This document shows positions 8,018 to 18,094 of a DNA stretch of 64,000 nt, piece by piece. The position numbers and the translations under genes are program-made. The notes below the pieces were generated by a model. That model saw only the letters and a list, made by a program, of their open reading frames with translations, was not told the DNA's origin and made no database searches. Within the stretch, counting starts at the first letter, position 1. The number at the start of each line of letters is the position of its first letter. The DNA comes from Candidatus Sulfomarinibacteraceae bacterium (GTDB lineage Bacteria; Acidobacteriota; Thermoanaerobaculia; Thermoanaerobaculales; Sulfomarinibacteraceae). Location: contig CAVQSQ010000021.1 in the NCBI GenBank assembly GCA_963715955.1, forward strand, positions 673,295 to 737,294, in the 5' to 3' direction.

Positions 8018-9393
8018 GACCCGCCCTCCTTGCGCGCGCGCTCCTTCTCGAGTCTGGCCTCGGCTGCCTCGAGCAGCGCCGATGCGCTCACGCCGGCTTC
8101 GGTCAGCGCCGCACGGAAATCGTCGAAGTCATCATCGGTGCACGGCGACGCAGCGACCCCGGCGACCAGATCGTAGTAGGCGCCGCGGCCGTCGGGGGTC
8201 TCGAGGAAGCGTTGCAGCGAGGACTCGAACTGCTCCCAGATATTCTCCGAAAAACCGCGCCGTACGCAGCACACGTCATTCGGGATGGGTTCGGTCAGGG
8301 CGAGAATTCGAACCTCGTCGAGCAGCTGTTCGCGTTCCGCCTGGGTCGCCATGTTCTTGAGAATCAGGAAACGTGCGTCTCCCACCATGGTGCCGTCGCG
8401 CTGATTGGCGGCCGAAGGCGGCGAGTAGAAGGTCGCGCCTCCCGAAACCTTGCCGTCGCGGACCGCCTGCACGACGTTCGGGTGGCCGCCGGCAAAGAGC
8501 ACGTGGCCCAACGCCACTCCTCGTCGCTGCAGCAGCGCCCGCGCGAAGATGTGGCCGGACGTCGAGGTCTCATCGGAAAACGCGAAATTGCTGCCGTTGA
8601 GGTCCTCGAGACGGTTGATGCCGGAGTCGGTGCGGCTCATGACGCAACCGTAGTAAACGCTCGAGAGTTCGGGCTGGGCCTGATCGCTGCTGTGGATGAC
8701 GCGGGTCTCGCGGAGGGTCCCCGGCCGGTCGTACTCGAGCTCCTTGCGGCCGTCGCCGACCAGATCGTGGGGGCCGGAGTAGACGTGGCGGCTGGCCGCG
8801 GCATCCACAGAACGGTCCTCAACCAACAGCCATACCGCCTCACGGTCGCTGGCCACCGGGACCTCGACCCAGCCGGGGGCCTGCTGGTCCAACAGCTCGA
8901 CGAGCGAGGCGCGCAATCTTCCGCTGATCGCAGTCGGCACAGCGATCCGACTGTCGACCAGGTTTTCCAGGCGTTGCGGTTCGCCGGGGCCGGAGCGGGT
9001 GATGACGATGGAGTAGCGGTCGACCGAACGAACCACCTGGAGGCGGGCCTCGGCGCCGTAACGCGCGTTGGCGAGGACATAGGCGAAGGCGGGGATCCAC
9101 GCGACGTCGGCCTGGCCCGCACCGAGGGCCTGGATCACCGCAGCGTAGCTCGTCGGAACCTGCGATCGGAGGGTGAGACCGCTGTCGGCGCGGACGAACC
9201 GCGCGAGCTCGTCGCCGCGGCGCACCAGGGTCCCCTGTTCCACCGACGGCACGAACAGCATCTGGACGGCTTTCTGGCCCCGCATCTCGAGCTGCGAGCG
9301 GTGCCGCAGACCCCAGATGAACGCCACCATCAGAAGGGCGATCACCGCCCATCCAACCCGCGGCAGCCAGAGTCTCACTCGACGGTCTTCCAC
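8014..9393 (-). CDS. phnD: PhnD-like phosphonate/phosphite substrate-binding protein, about 150 aa longer than usual (apparent internal duplication)
   Basis: N-terminal TM anchor. PhnD-like blocks are LFVPSVEQ..., AWIPAFAYVLA and FAFSDETSTSGHIFARALL. A second copy of the Y-x-I-V-x-R...L-x-x-L block lies at SVDRYSIVITRSGPGEPQRLENLVDSRIAV. Confidence 0.7.
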   Translation of the reverse strand: MEDRRVRLWLPRVGWAVIALLMVAFIWGLRHRSQLEMRGQKAVQMLFVPSVEQGTLVRRGDELARFVRADSGLTLRSQVPTSYAAVIQALGAGQADVAWIPAFAYVLANARYGAEARLQVVRSVDRYSIVITRSGPGEPQRLENLVDSRIAVPTAISGRLRASLVELLDQQAPGWVEVPVASDREAVWLLVEDRSVDAAASRHVYSGPHDLVGDGRKELEYDRPGTLRETRVIHSSDQAQPELSSVYYGCVMSRTDSGINRLEDLNGSNFAFSDETSTSGHIFARALLQRRGVALGHVLFAGGHPNVVQAVRDGKVSGGATFYSPPSAANQRDGTMVGDARFLILKNMATQAEREQLLDEVRILALTEPIPNDVCCVRRGFSENIWEQFESSLQRFLETPDGRGAYYDLVAGVAASPCTDDDFDDFRAALTEAGVSASALLEAAEARLEKERARKEGGS

Positions 9394-9504
9394 GATCGGC
9401 GGTCAGGTTAGCACGGCCGGATCTGCTAACCTCCATGCCGGCCCCTCAGGACCCGGTCGAATCCTTCCCGGATCCTGAGAAAACAACAGGTGGAGGAAGT
9501 ATCC

Positions 9505-12500
9505 ATGATCCGTCGATTCGCCCTTGTGGTTGTTGTTTCGCTCACCATCTGTACCGCAGCATTCGCCGTGGAGGCCCCGCTGCCCCGCCACCCGTCGCCG
9601 TCGCCCGACGGCACGCAGATCGCATTCTCGTGGCAAGGAGACCTGTGGGTGGTCCCGGCCGCCGGCGGCGACGCCAGACGACTCACCGCCAACCCCGCCA
9701 CCGAGCGCTTCCCGGTGTGGTCGCGGGACGGCCGGTTCATCGCCTTCGCCTCCAACCGCTATGGCAACGACGACGTGTTCGTGATGCCGGTCGACGCCAG
9801 CGCCGCGCCGACCCGTCTGACATTCGCCTCGACCTCGGATGTGCCGGACGACTTCACCCCGACTGTCGATGCCGTCCTGTTCACCAGCAACCGCGCAGAG
9901 AGCGTCAAATGGGGCACCCAGCTGTGGACCGTGCCCCTGAATGGCGGCACCCCGGCACTGGCCCAGGATGCCTTCGGCGAAGCCGCCTCCTACTCGCCCG
10001 ACGGCGAGCAACTGGCCTTCGTCCGCGGCCAGACCAAGTGGACGCGACGCGGCTACCGCGGGCCGGCGAGCCGCGACATCTGGCTGCGGACCGGCGGTGA
10101 TTACACGAGGCTGACGGACTTTGACGGCACCGACGACCGGCCGACCTGGCTCGACGATCAGAACATCATCTTCCTGTCGTCCCGCGACGGCCGCAAGAAC
10201 GTCTACCGGCTCGACGTCGCGACCAGGACCGCGACCCAACTGACCTTTCAGGAGGGCTCGGCAGTGCGCTTCCCGCGCGCCGCCGCCGACGGCAGCGTCA
10301 TCGCCTACGAGTTCGAGGACGGCATCTGGACGGTGCCGCCTGCGGGCGGCCCCTCGACCCGCCTCTCGATCCAGGTCGCGGCGGATCAGGTCAACAATCC
10401 GGTCGAGCGCCGCACCGCCACCGACGGTGCCGACGAGATCGCCATCAGTCCGGACGGCAAACTCGCAGCGTTCATCGTTCACGGCGACGTCTTCGTGACC
10501 GCAATCGTCGACAAGGACGACCTGGAGATCGCGAAACCGCCGACGGCGCGGGTCACCACGACTCCCGAACGCGAACGCGACCTGAGCTGGTCGCCGGATG
10601 GGAAGACCCTGCTCTTCTCGTCCGCGGCCAACGGCAACGATGATCTCTACACCGCGGTCCCCTCCCCGAATGACACGCAATGGCCCGAGGCCTTCAACTT
10701 CCAGCTGACCCCGATCACCGCGACGCCCGCCGAGGAGTACGCCGCGGCATTCTCGCCCGACGGCGACCGCATCGCCTTCATCCGCGGCCGGGGCCAACTT
10801 GTCGTCCAACCGAAGGACGGCGGGGCGGAGACCGTGCTTCTCGACCACTGGGCGGCGCCCGACTACGCCTGGTCGCCCGACGGTGCCTGGATCGCCTACT
10901 CGACACCCGACGTGCACTACAACTCGGAGGTCTGGGTCGTTGCGTCCGCGGGCGGAGAAGCCTACAACGTCAGCCGCCACCCCGACGATGATCTCGCGCC
11001 GCGGTGGTCGCCGGACGGCCGCCGCCTGGTGTGGACCGCGAAACGCGCCGACAACACCTTCGATCTCTGGGGCGTCTGGCTGACTCGAGAGGACGACGAA
11101 CGCACCCCCGCCCAGTGGCTCAAGCTGTGGGCCGACAAGGGTGGCGACAAGAAGAAGGGCAAGGACAAGGAGGAGGACGACGACGCCTCTGACGACGACG
11201 ACGAGAAGAAGGCCGAGCTGCCCGCCGTGTCCATCGATTTCGAGCGGTTGTGGGAACGGGTCCACCGGATCACCGAACTCAAAGGCGACGAGGGCGCGGC
11301 CCGCATCAGTCCCGACGGCAAGACGATCATCTTCACCGCCGAGTTCGAGGGCGAGGAAGACCTCTACAGCGTGCGCTGGGACGGCGGCGATCTCAAGCGC
11401 CTGACCAAGGACGGAACGGAGCCCGGGCAGTTCGTCTTCGACCGCAAGGGCAAGACCATTTTCTACCTCGACGGCAAGGGCCACATCAAACGGGTCGCTC
11501 TCGACGGCAAACCCGGAGATCCGATCCCCTTCAAGGCGCGCTACGTGGTCGATGTCCGCCTCGAAAGGGCGGTGGTGTTCGACGAGGCGTGGCGCGCACT
11601 CAACGAAAACTTCTACGACCCCGACTTCCACGGCGTCGACTGGCCCGCGCAGCAGGTGAAGTACCGCCCGTGGGCGCTTCAAGCCTCGACCAGGGAGGAC
11701 TTCGCGGACATCGTGAATCTGATGCTCGGCGAGCTCAACGCCTCCCACATGGGCTACTACCCGCCCGGGACCCGCGGGAGACCGACCGCTTCCGGCGACA
11801 CGCACCGGTTGGATCGGCGTCACCTATGACCCGGCTGCCGGCGGGCCTGGATTACTGATCAAAGAGGTTCTGCCCGACTCGCCGGCATGGCGGGCGGACG
11901 CCGCGATCCAGCCGGGCGAACGCCTGGTGGCGGTGAAAGGGCTCGAGATCGGGGACACCACCAATGTCTTCGATCTGTTTGTCGACACGGTCGGCGAACG
12001 CACCCCCCTGACCGTTCGCGGCGTCGACGGCAACGACCGCACGGTGGTGGTGGAACCGGTCGGCAGCCAGCGCGGGCTGCGTTACGACGAGTGGGTGCGC
12101 CAGCGCCGTGCCCTCACCGACCAGTGGTCGGGCGGGCGCCTGGGATATATCCACATCCAGGGCATGGACATCCCGTCGTTCGAAGAGTTCGAGCGCATGC
12201 TGTTTGCTGCGGCGGACGGCAAGGAAGGGCTGCTGGTCGATGTGCGATCCAATGGCGGCGGCTGGACGACGGATTATCTGATGGCCGTGCTGATGGTGCA
12301 GCGTCACGCCTTCACGGTGCCGCGCGGCGGTGACTCCTCCGTCAAGGCATACCCGCAGAGCAGGTTGCCGCTGTCCGCCTGGACGCGGCCGGCTGTCGCG
12401 ATCTGCAACGAGGACTCCTACTCCAATGCCGAGATCTTCTCGCACGCCTTCAAGTCCCTCGGGCGGGGGCCGCTGGTCGGCTCGCCCACCTTCGGGGCCG

Positions 12501-12736
12501 TGATCTCGACCGGAGGTATGAGAACTCTCGACGGATCTCTCGTTCGCCTTCCGGGCCGGGGGTGGTTCGTCGCCCCGACCGGCCTCAACATGGAGAACAA
12601 CGGCGCACAGCCGGATGTCGTGGTGTGGCAACCTCCCTCCGAGGACGCCTCGGCCACCGGGGACACCCAACTTGCGCGCGCAGTCCAGGTGCTGCTGGCA
12701 AACCTCGAGACCGACCCGAGGGCCGGTTCCTGGTAA
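9505..12736 (+). pseudogene. Tricorn-protease-like S41 peptidase (beta-propellers + PDZ + S41 domain), interrupted by a single-base frameshift near 11762-11829
   Basis: Frame 1 (track ORF 9490..11829, real ATG at 9505 after GGAGGAAG) encodes a signal peptide and TolB-like propeller repeats (SPDGTQIAFSWQGDLWVV, SRDGRFIAFASNR) and runs to ...GELNASHMGYYPPG. Frame 2 continues from about 11800 with the PDZ domain (TGWIGVTYDPAAGGPGLLIKEVLPDSPAW...) and the S41 core (LVDVRSNGGGW, CNEDSYSNAEIFS) through track ORF 11927..12736. The span is 3232 nt (3n+1), giving 1076 aa once one base is removed, which is the size of a tricorn protease. Confidence 0.8.
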
Positions 12737-12810
12737 GAACATCGCAACGTTGACGTTGAACGTTGGAAAGTTGTCCATCGACCGGCGGGGTCGAAACACG
12801 GCAGCCGGGA

Positions 12811-13011
12811 CGGCTGCCCCACAAAGGCCTCACCGCAGGACTGAAGCCGAGCGGATTGTGGTGCGGCCGTCCCGGCTGCACCTCGGATGCGCCCGTACCC
12901 GGAAACCGGCACGGCTGCCCACAAAGGCCTCACCGCAGGACTGAAGCCGAGCGGATTGTGGTGCGGCCGTCCCGGCTGCACCTCGGATGCGCCCGTACCC
13001 GGAAACCGGTA
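12811..13011 (+). repeat. Tandem direct duplication, 2 x about 101 bp (identical except for one 1-nt indel and one substitution that I can see). Each unit contains CCACAA..TTGTGG and GTGCGGCCG-TCC-CGGCTGCAC hairpins.
   Basis: Units 12811-12911 and 12912-13011 aligned by eye. Confidence 0.9.
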
Positions 13012-13035
13012 CGGAATGACGACGTAGAATCAAGC

Positions 13036-14091
13036 ATGCATCCCGTGCGCTTCAGGATCGCCGTCGTGTCGCTTGCCGTGTTCGCGGCGGCCGCCGCCGC
13101 ACAGGAACCGGCTCCGACCACCTTCGGCGAGACGATCGAGGTCCGGCGAATCGTCACCGAGGTGCGGGTTGTGGCCTTCGATGGATCGCCGGTGCTCGGT
13201 CTCGGCCCCGAAGACTTCCGGGTCAAGGTCGGCGGCGACCCGGCAGAGGTCGAGTCGGTCGCCTGGATCCCTTCGACGGCCGACGCCGTCGCCCGGGGCG
13301 TGGCCGATCCGGGACACGACTTGGCAGCCGACGACGCCCGGAGACCCCCCGAGGGCAGGTTGATCGTGATTCTCTTCCAGATCGACTTCGCGCCCACTCC
13401 CTCCCGAACCGTCGGCCTGCTGCGGATGGCACCGCGGGCCTCCGAGTTCGTCGCCGGCCTCGGACCGGGGGACCGCGTGGCCCTCCTGGTGTTCGGCAGC
13501 CATCTCGAACTGCGGGCCGACTTCACCGACGACCACCAGGCCCTTGCCGAAATGCTGACCCCGACCGAGATCCTGCGGGGCCGGACCGATCCTCCCTCCC
13601 CCGAGGGCCCGTCCCTGGCCGCTCACCTCGAACCCGAGGCGATGCTGGATTCCGCATCCATGGCGGACGCCCTCGAACTCATCGGGCACGGCCTTCGTGA
13701 GATCCCGGGCACCAAGTCTCTGGTCTTCTTCGGTTACGGCCTCGGCCAGATGACCGCCGGCCATCGGGTCACGATCGACGACAGCTATCCCAGAGCGATG
13801 GAGGCGCTTTCGGAGGCACGGACATCGGTGTTCTCCCTCGACGTCACCCACGCGGATGCCCACTCGTTGGCCGTCGGTCTGCGCCAGGTCGCCGAGGACA
13901 CCGGCGGTTTCTACGTCCAGACCCACATCTTCCCCGAGGCCGCGATGACCAGGCTCGTCCGCGTCATATCGAGCTACTACGAGCTCTCCATCATTCCGCC
14001 GCCCGATCTCCCCGACGACTACACCATCAAGGTCAAGGTCGAGCGCCCGCGGTCCGACGTCTACGTCCGCCAGGAACACGCGTCACCGTAG
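13036..14091 (+). CDS. VWA domain-containing secreted protein (TIGR03436-like, Acidobacteria-type VWFA)
   Basis: ATG at 13036 followed by a signal peptide (MHPVRFRIAVVSLAVFAAAAAAQE). IEVRRIVTEVRVVAFDGSPV..., LIVILFQIDF and SLVFFGYG are typical of the family. The upstream 270 nt of track ORF 12763.. is translated repeat DNA. Confidence 0.7.
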   Translation: MHPVRFRIAVVSLAVFAAAAAAQEPAPTTFGETIEVRRIVTEVRVVAFDGSPVLGLGPEDFRVKVGGDPAEVESVAWIPSTADAVARGVADPGHDLAADDARRPPEGRLIVILFQIDFAPTPSRTVGLLRMAPRASEFVAGLGPGDRVALLVFGSHLELRADFTDDHQALAEMLTPTEILRGRTDPPSPEGPSLAAHLEPEAMLDSASMADALELIGHGLREIPGTKSLVFFGYGLGQMTAGHRVTIDDSYPRAMEALSEARTSVFSLDVTHADAHSLAVGLRQVAEDTGGFYVQTHIFPEAAMTRLVRVISSYYELSIIPPPDLPDDYTIKVKVERPRSDVYVRQEHASP

Positions 14092-14142
14092 ATCTGGCGC
14101 CCTTCTGTGCGATAATCGCCGGCATTCTGGAGGTAACCGAAC

Positions 14143-15078
14143 ATGCGTACACTCGTCCGCCGCCCGACAATCGCCTTGATGATGTGTTTCGTCGCCCTTG
14201 GCTGCGCTCAGGAGACCGAGATCGTCGCCGCTCAACCCGCCATCCCCGCGACCCCCGACGGCACCGTGATGGCGGTGGCTCAGAACCTCGCGGACAACCG
14301 CCCGGAGATCCTCTGGGAGGCCCTGCCCGAGAGCTACCGCACCGACATCACCGAGCTCACCCAGCTGTTTGCGGCGAAGATGGACCCTGAGATCTACGAC
14401 CGGGCCATGGCCACGGCCCTGAGTTTTGTCGATGTCCTCCAGGCCAAACAGGACATCATCCTCGCCAGCGAGACCATGGCCGGCACCGGCGTGGACGTCG
14501 CCGCGATGGACGCCCGCATGACCCAGACGCTGCAGATCGCCCGGACGTTCTTCTCGAGCGAGATCTCGAGCCTCGCCGGCCTCGCTGTCATCGATTGGCA
14601 GCAGTACCTGGCGGGAACGGTTTCCAAGCTCATGACCCAGGCCGACGCCATCGAGGCCGAGGAGGGCGAGGACCCCTTCCTCATGTTCGAGTCTCTCCAG
14701 GTCGAGGTCCTCGAGCAGACCGGCGACACCGCCCGGCTCAGAATCACCGTCCCCGACGAAGAGCCGGAAGAGGTTTCGATGGCTCTCATCGAGGGTCGCT
14801 GGGTCCCGACCGAGATGGCCGAAGAGTGGGACGCCAAGGTGGCGGAAGCCCGCACCGGCCTGGAAGAGATCACTCCCGAAAAAATCCAGGAGATGAAGGG
14901 CCAGGCGATGTTCGGCTTCGCCATGGCCGACGGCCTCGTGCAACAGCTCTCGGCGATCGAAACCGCGGAGGAGTTCGACGCCACCATGGGGCCGATGATC
15001 GCCGGTTTCATGCAGAACGTCAGCGGCTTCATTCCCCAGATGGACGAGATCGGGGACCCGGAACCCGAGACTCCGTAG
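14143..15078 (+). CDS. Hypothetical acidic lipoprotein
   Basis: GGAGGT Shine-Dalgarno sequence and a lipobox (FVALGCAQ). I recognise no family. Confidence 0.6.
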   Translation: MRTLVRRPTIALMMCFVALGCAQETEIVAAQPAIPATPDGTVMAVAQNLADNRPEILWEALPESYRTDITELTQLFAAKMDPEIYDRAMATALSFVDVLQAKQDIILASETMAGTGVDVAAMDARMTQTLQIARTFFSSEISSLAGLAVIDWQQYLAGTVSKLMTQADAIEAEEGEDPFLMFESLQVEVLEQTGDTARLRITVPDEEPEEVSMALIEGRWVPTEMAEEWDAKVAEARTGLEEITPEKIQEMKGQAMFGFAMADGLVQQLSAIETAEEFDATMGPMIAGFMQNVSGFIPQMDEIGDPEPETP

Positions 15079-15087
15079 GAAAACCGG

Positions 15088-16455
15088 CTAACGTCCGGCC
15101 AGGGCGTCAGCAGGATCGCCGGCCACCGCCCGCGACGCGGCGGGAAGCACGCCCACCACACAGGCGGCAACCGCCAGGGAGATGAGGGCGACGGCGAGCG
15201 TCGGTGAAAACGCGAACAGGGTGTCCGGTTTGAACGGGAAATCGGGCACGTGCGAGGCTGCGAACCGGTCGGCGGCCGCGGCGCCGATCGCGGCCACCGC
15301 CAGACCGACGGCGCCTGCCACCGCGCCGACCACGGACGCCTCGGTCAGCAACAGCTTGCGGATGTCGGACCTGCGCGCTCCGACCGCGCGCAAGACTCCG
15401 ATCTCGTGACGCCTGAGGACCACGATCAGCGAGAAGACGTGCATGATGTGCGCGGCCGACACCGCGATCAACACTGCGGCCGCGAGCCCGAGGACCGCGG
15501 TGACAACCGCAGTGCCGAAGGCCGCGCGCCGCGCGCCGAGATCGAGCACCTCGAGGCCCCGGGCCTCGACCGCCTCCACGACCCGCGGCACGGCCGCCTG
15601 GGAGGCCACTCCGAGCACCGCCGAGTGAAACCGCCTCCCCGCCTCGTCGGAGACCAGGAGCCGGTTGACCCGCCGCACCTCCTCGAGCGGCAGGGTCACT
15701 CCGAGCGGGATCGCCCGATCGGACACTCCGACCAGCCGCGCCAAACGCCGGATCGGCGCGCGGTTCGACGGGCGCAGGGTCGAGGCGCCGAGAGTCATCT
15801 CGAAGGTCAACCCCTTCAGGGCATCCGGGTTGAGCTTTGGCAGGTCATAGGCGCGGCGAAACGCGCCGTTGTAGAGCTCGACGACATATGGCGACACCAC
15901 CACCGGGAGATAGCCCCGGCAGACCCCGCCGCTGAAACTCCCGGCGCCGTCGCAGTAGGCATCGGCGCCGCACTGCCGGTCGTTCGTGCAGGGCCGGTCG
16001 GCATCGTCCAGGAAGGTGTCGCGAAAAGCCGGCCCGACCGCCTCCTGCACCAGGGCCGGGTCGATCCCGTCGGCGACAATTTCGGTCTGCATCCCGGCAC
16101 CGAAGAGGGTTGCTCCTCCCGACGCCATCGCCGGAACCATGAGCCGCATTTTCGGAAAGACCTCGGACACGCCGTCGATCGTCGCCAACCCATCGAGGTC
16201 GGTCTGGGTCAGCGCGTCGCGGCCGAGATCGAGCCTCAGAGCAAACAGGTCGAGGTCCGCGCTCCGCGGCGCCACCTCGATCCGGTCTGCGGGAAAGACC
16301 CGGCTCAGCAGAACCTGCCGGACCTGGAGCCCGAGGGCGAGAAAAAAAGCCAGGGCGGCCACTCCGAGCACGATACCGAAGGCAGCGGCGGCGAAGTGCC
16401 GCCAGTGCCGGCGCAGATCGGCCGCCACCGCACGGTACCAACCGCGGCCCATCAT
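15088..16455 (-). CDS. ABC transporter permease, FtsX/MacB/LolE-like, with a Cys-rich periplasmic insert
   Basis: N-terminal TM segment, a large periplasmic domain, and a C-terminal 3-TM FtsX domain (...LRAVGARRSDIRKLLLTEA...). The insert reads CTNDRQCGADAYCDGAGSFSGGVC. It overlaps the ATPase gene by ATGA. Confidence 0.75.
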   Translation of the reverse strand: MMGRGWYRAVAADLRRHWRHFAAAAFGIVLGVAALAFFLALGLQVRQVLLSRVFPADRIEVAPRSADLDLFALRLDLGRDALTQTDLDGLATIDGVSEVFPKMRLMVPAMASGGATLFGAGMQTEIVADGIDPALVQEAVGPAFRDTFLDDADRPCTNDRQCGADAYCDGAGSFSGGVCRGYLPVVVSPYVVELYNGAFRRAYDLPKLNPDALKGLTFEMTLGASTLRPSNRAPIRRLARLVGVSDRAIPLGVTLPLEEVRRVNRLLVSDEAGRRFHSAVLGVASQAAVPRVVEAVEARGLEVLDLGARRAAFGTAVVTAVLGLAAAVLIAVSAAHIMHVFSLIVVLRRHEIGVLRAVGARRSDIRKLLLTEASVVGAVAGAVGLAVAAIGAAAADRFAASHVPDFPFKPDTLFAFSPTLAVALISLAVAACVVGVLPAASRAVAGDPADALAGR

Positions 16456-17141
16456 CCAGCTCCCTCGGGACCGTCGATCAGCCGCCCGTCGACGAGTCGA
16501 ACCACCCGGTCGCCCGACCGGGAGACGGCGTCATCGTGGGTGGCCGCAACGATCACCATCTGATGTTCCCGGTGGACCTCGCCGAGAAGGTCCACGATCG
16601 CGCGGCCGGTTTCGGCATCGAGGTTGCCGGTCGGCTCGTCGCAGAGCAGAATCGCGGGTTCGAAAAAGAGAGCACGGGCCACCGCCACCCGCTGCCGCTC
16701 GCCGCCCGAGAGCGTCGTCGGGCTGCGCCGTTCCGCGCCCGGCAGACCCACCGAACGCAACACCTCGGCCACCCGACTGCGAACCCACGAAACCTCGCGC
16801 CGCCCGGAGCCGCGGGCGAACAGCGCCGCCAGGCCGACGTTTTCGCCGCAGCTCAGGTGATCGAGGAGGTGGTAGGCCTGGAAGACAAAGCCCACCCGCC
16901 GGTTGCGGAAGGAGGCGGCCTGGTTGTCGCTCAGACTCTCGATGGTCTCGCCGTCGACCACCACCCGTCCCTCGTGGGCGCTGTCGAGGCCCCCGATCAG
17001 ATTGAGCAGGGTCGTCTTTCCGGAACCCGAACGACCGACGATCGACACGAACTCGCCCGCGCCGACCTCCAGGTCGACGCCGCGCAGGACGTCGACGTCG
17101 GCGCCGGCGTAGCGCTTGCGGACGTTCTCCAACCGAATCAC
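16452..17141 (-). CDS. ABC transporter ATP-binding protein (LolD/MacB-type)
   Basis: [33 protein letters not shown] and LLCDEPTGNLD. I prefer the GTG at 17141 (VIRLENVRKRY...). The ATG of the track ORF at 17240 lies inside a repeat. Confidence 0.8.
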   Translation of the reverse strand: MIRLENVRKRYAGADVDVLRGVDLEVGAGEFVSIVGRSGSGKTTLLNLIGGLDSAHEGRVVVDGETIESLSDNQAASFRNRRVGFVFQAYHLLDHLSCGENVGLAALFARGSGRREVSWVRSRVAEVLRSVGLPGAERRSPTTLSGGERQRVAVARALFFEPAILLCDEPTGNLDAETGRAIVDLLGEVHREHQMVIVAATHDDAVSRSGDRVVRLVDGRLIDGPEGAG

Positions 17142-17228
17142 GGACGGAGTGTAACGCGCCCGGCACCTGCGCGCAGCGTCTCCCGCCCGGGACACGCCGA
17201 CGAATCCCGTCGCGTGGACTGATGGGCC

Positions 17229-17266
17229 GGAATTCCGCATTCTGAATTCAGAATTTACGAATTCGG
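17229..17266. repeat. Self-palindromic array of GAATTC-containing heptamers in a divergent promoter region
   Basis: GGAATTC CGCATTC TGAATTC AGAATTT ACGAATT CGG. Confidence 0.8.
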
Positions 17267-17296
17267 CCGCAGGCCGCTACGTTACACTCTCCGCCC

Positions 17297-18094
17297 ATGC
17301 GAGTTCTCGCATTCGACTTCGACGGTGTTCTGTGCGACTCCTCACGCGAGGTGTTCGTGGTCGCGGTCGACACCCTTGTCGATCTGGAGCCCGGTTCAGA
17401 CCTGATCGAGGTGCTGAGGCCGCTGCGGGACGAGGCGCTGTCGGGCGGCGACCGCTTCCGAAGCCATGAGGTGTACACGCGGTTTTCGGATCTACTCCCT
17501 CTCGGCAACCGCGCCGAAGATTTCGGCGTCGCGCTGCGGGCGATCGACGAGTCGATGCCGTTCTCCGATCAGGCGGGCTACGACGCGTTCTACGCCGGCC
17601 TTGCCGAATCCTGGAGAGATCTCTTTCACCGCGGCTTCTACGAGGCACGAGCTCGGCTGCGCGAGTCCGACGTGCGTCGTTGGCTGGCGCTCCACCTCCC
17701 CTACCCCGAGCTTGTCGCTGCCTTCAGGCGCCACCGGAACGAGTTCATCCCGGCGGTGGCGACCGCGAAAGACGCTCAGTCGGTCCACCTGCTGCTCACC
17801 GAGCTCGGGTTGCACGACGTTTTCGATCCGCGGTTCGTCCTCGACAAGGAGACCGGCGTCGCCAAGACCATCCACCTGAGGGAACTGCAACGGCTCACGG
17901 GAGCGCCGTTCAAGGACATCACCTTCATCGACGACAAGCTCAATCACCTCGTCAAGGTCGCGGAGCTCGGCGTCCGCTGCGTTCTCGCCGGGTGGGGATT
18001 CAACACCCAACGCGAACAGGAAGCGGCGCTCCGGCTCGGTTTCGAAGTGGCGCACCTCGACGACCTCGACACGACTGTTTTCAAGGGAGAATGA
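17297..18094 (+). CDS. HAD-superfamily hydrolase
   Basis: MRVLAFDFDGVLCDS (DxDG motif I) and a late FIDDK (motif IV-like). Confidence 0.7.
   Translation: MRVLAFDFDGVLCDSSREVFVVAVDTLVDLEPGSDLIEVLRPLRDEALSGGDRFRSHEVYTRFSDLLPLGNRAEDFGVALRAIDESMPFSDQAGYDAFYAGLAESWRDLFHRGFYEARARLRESDVRRWLALHLPYPELVAAFRRHRNEFIPAVATAKDAQSVHLLLTELGLHDVFDPRFVLDKETGVAKTIHLRELQRLTGAPFKDITFIDDKLNHLVKVAELGVRCVLAGWGFNTQREQEAALRLGFEVAHLDDLDTTVFKGE

Noticed and set aside
9403-11823. Very long ORFs antisense or out of frame to confident genes. Examples are 9403..11823(-) 806 aa, 17492..20284(-) 930 aa, 23358..25874(+) 838 aa, 27979..29598(-), 61683..63890(+), 4000..5157(-), 5073..6140(-) and 26..1075(+).
   Set aside because: Their translations are Arg/Gly/Pro/His-rich low-complexity strings with no motifs. 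Each lies opposite or overlapping a gene with clear family signatures. Stop-poor alternative frames are expected in DNA this GC-rich.
12811-13011. CRISPR array interpretation of the tandem or spaced repeats (12811-13011, 18946-19017, 56811-57051)
   Set aside because: There are only two copies each. The units are 36-104 bp with no, or a single, non-unique spacer. No cas genes are present. The units belong to dispersed hairpin families found elsewhere in the window.
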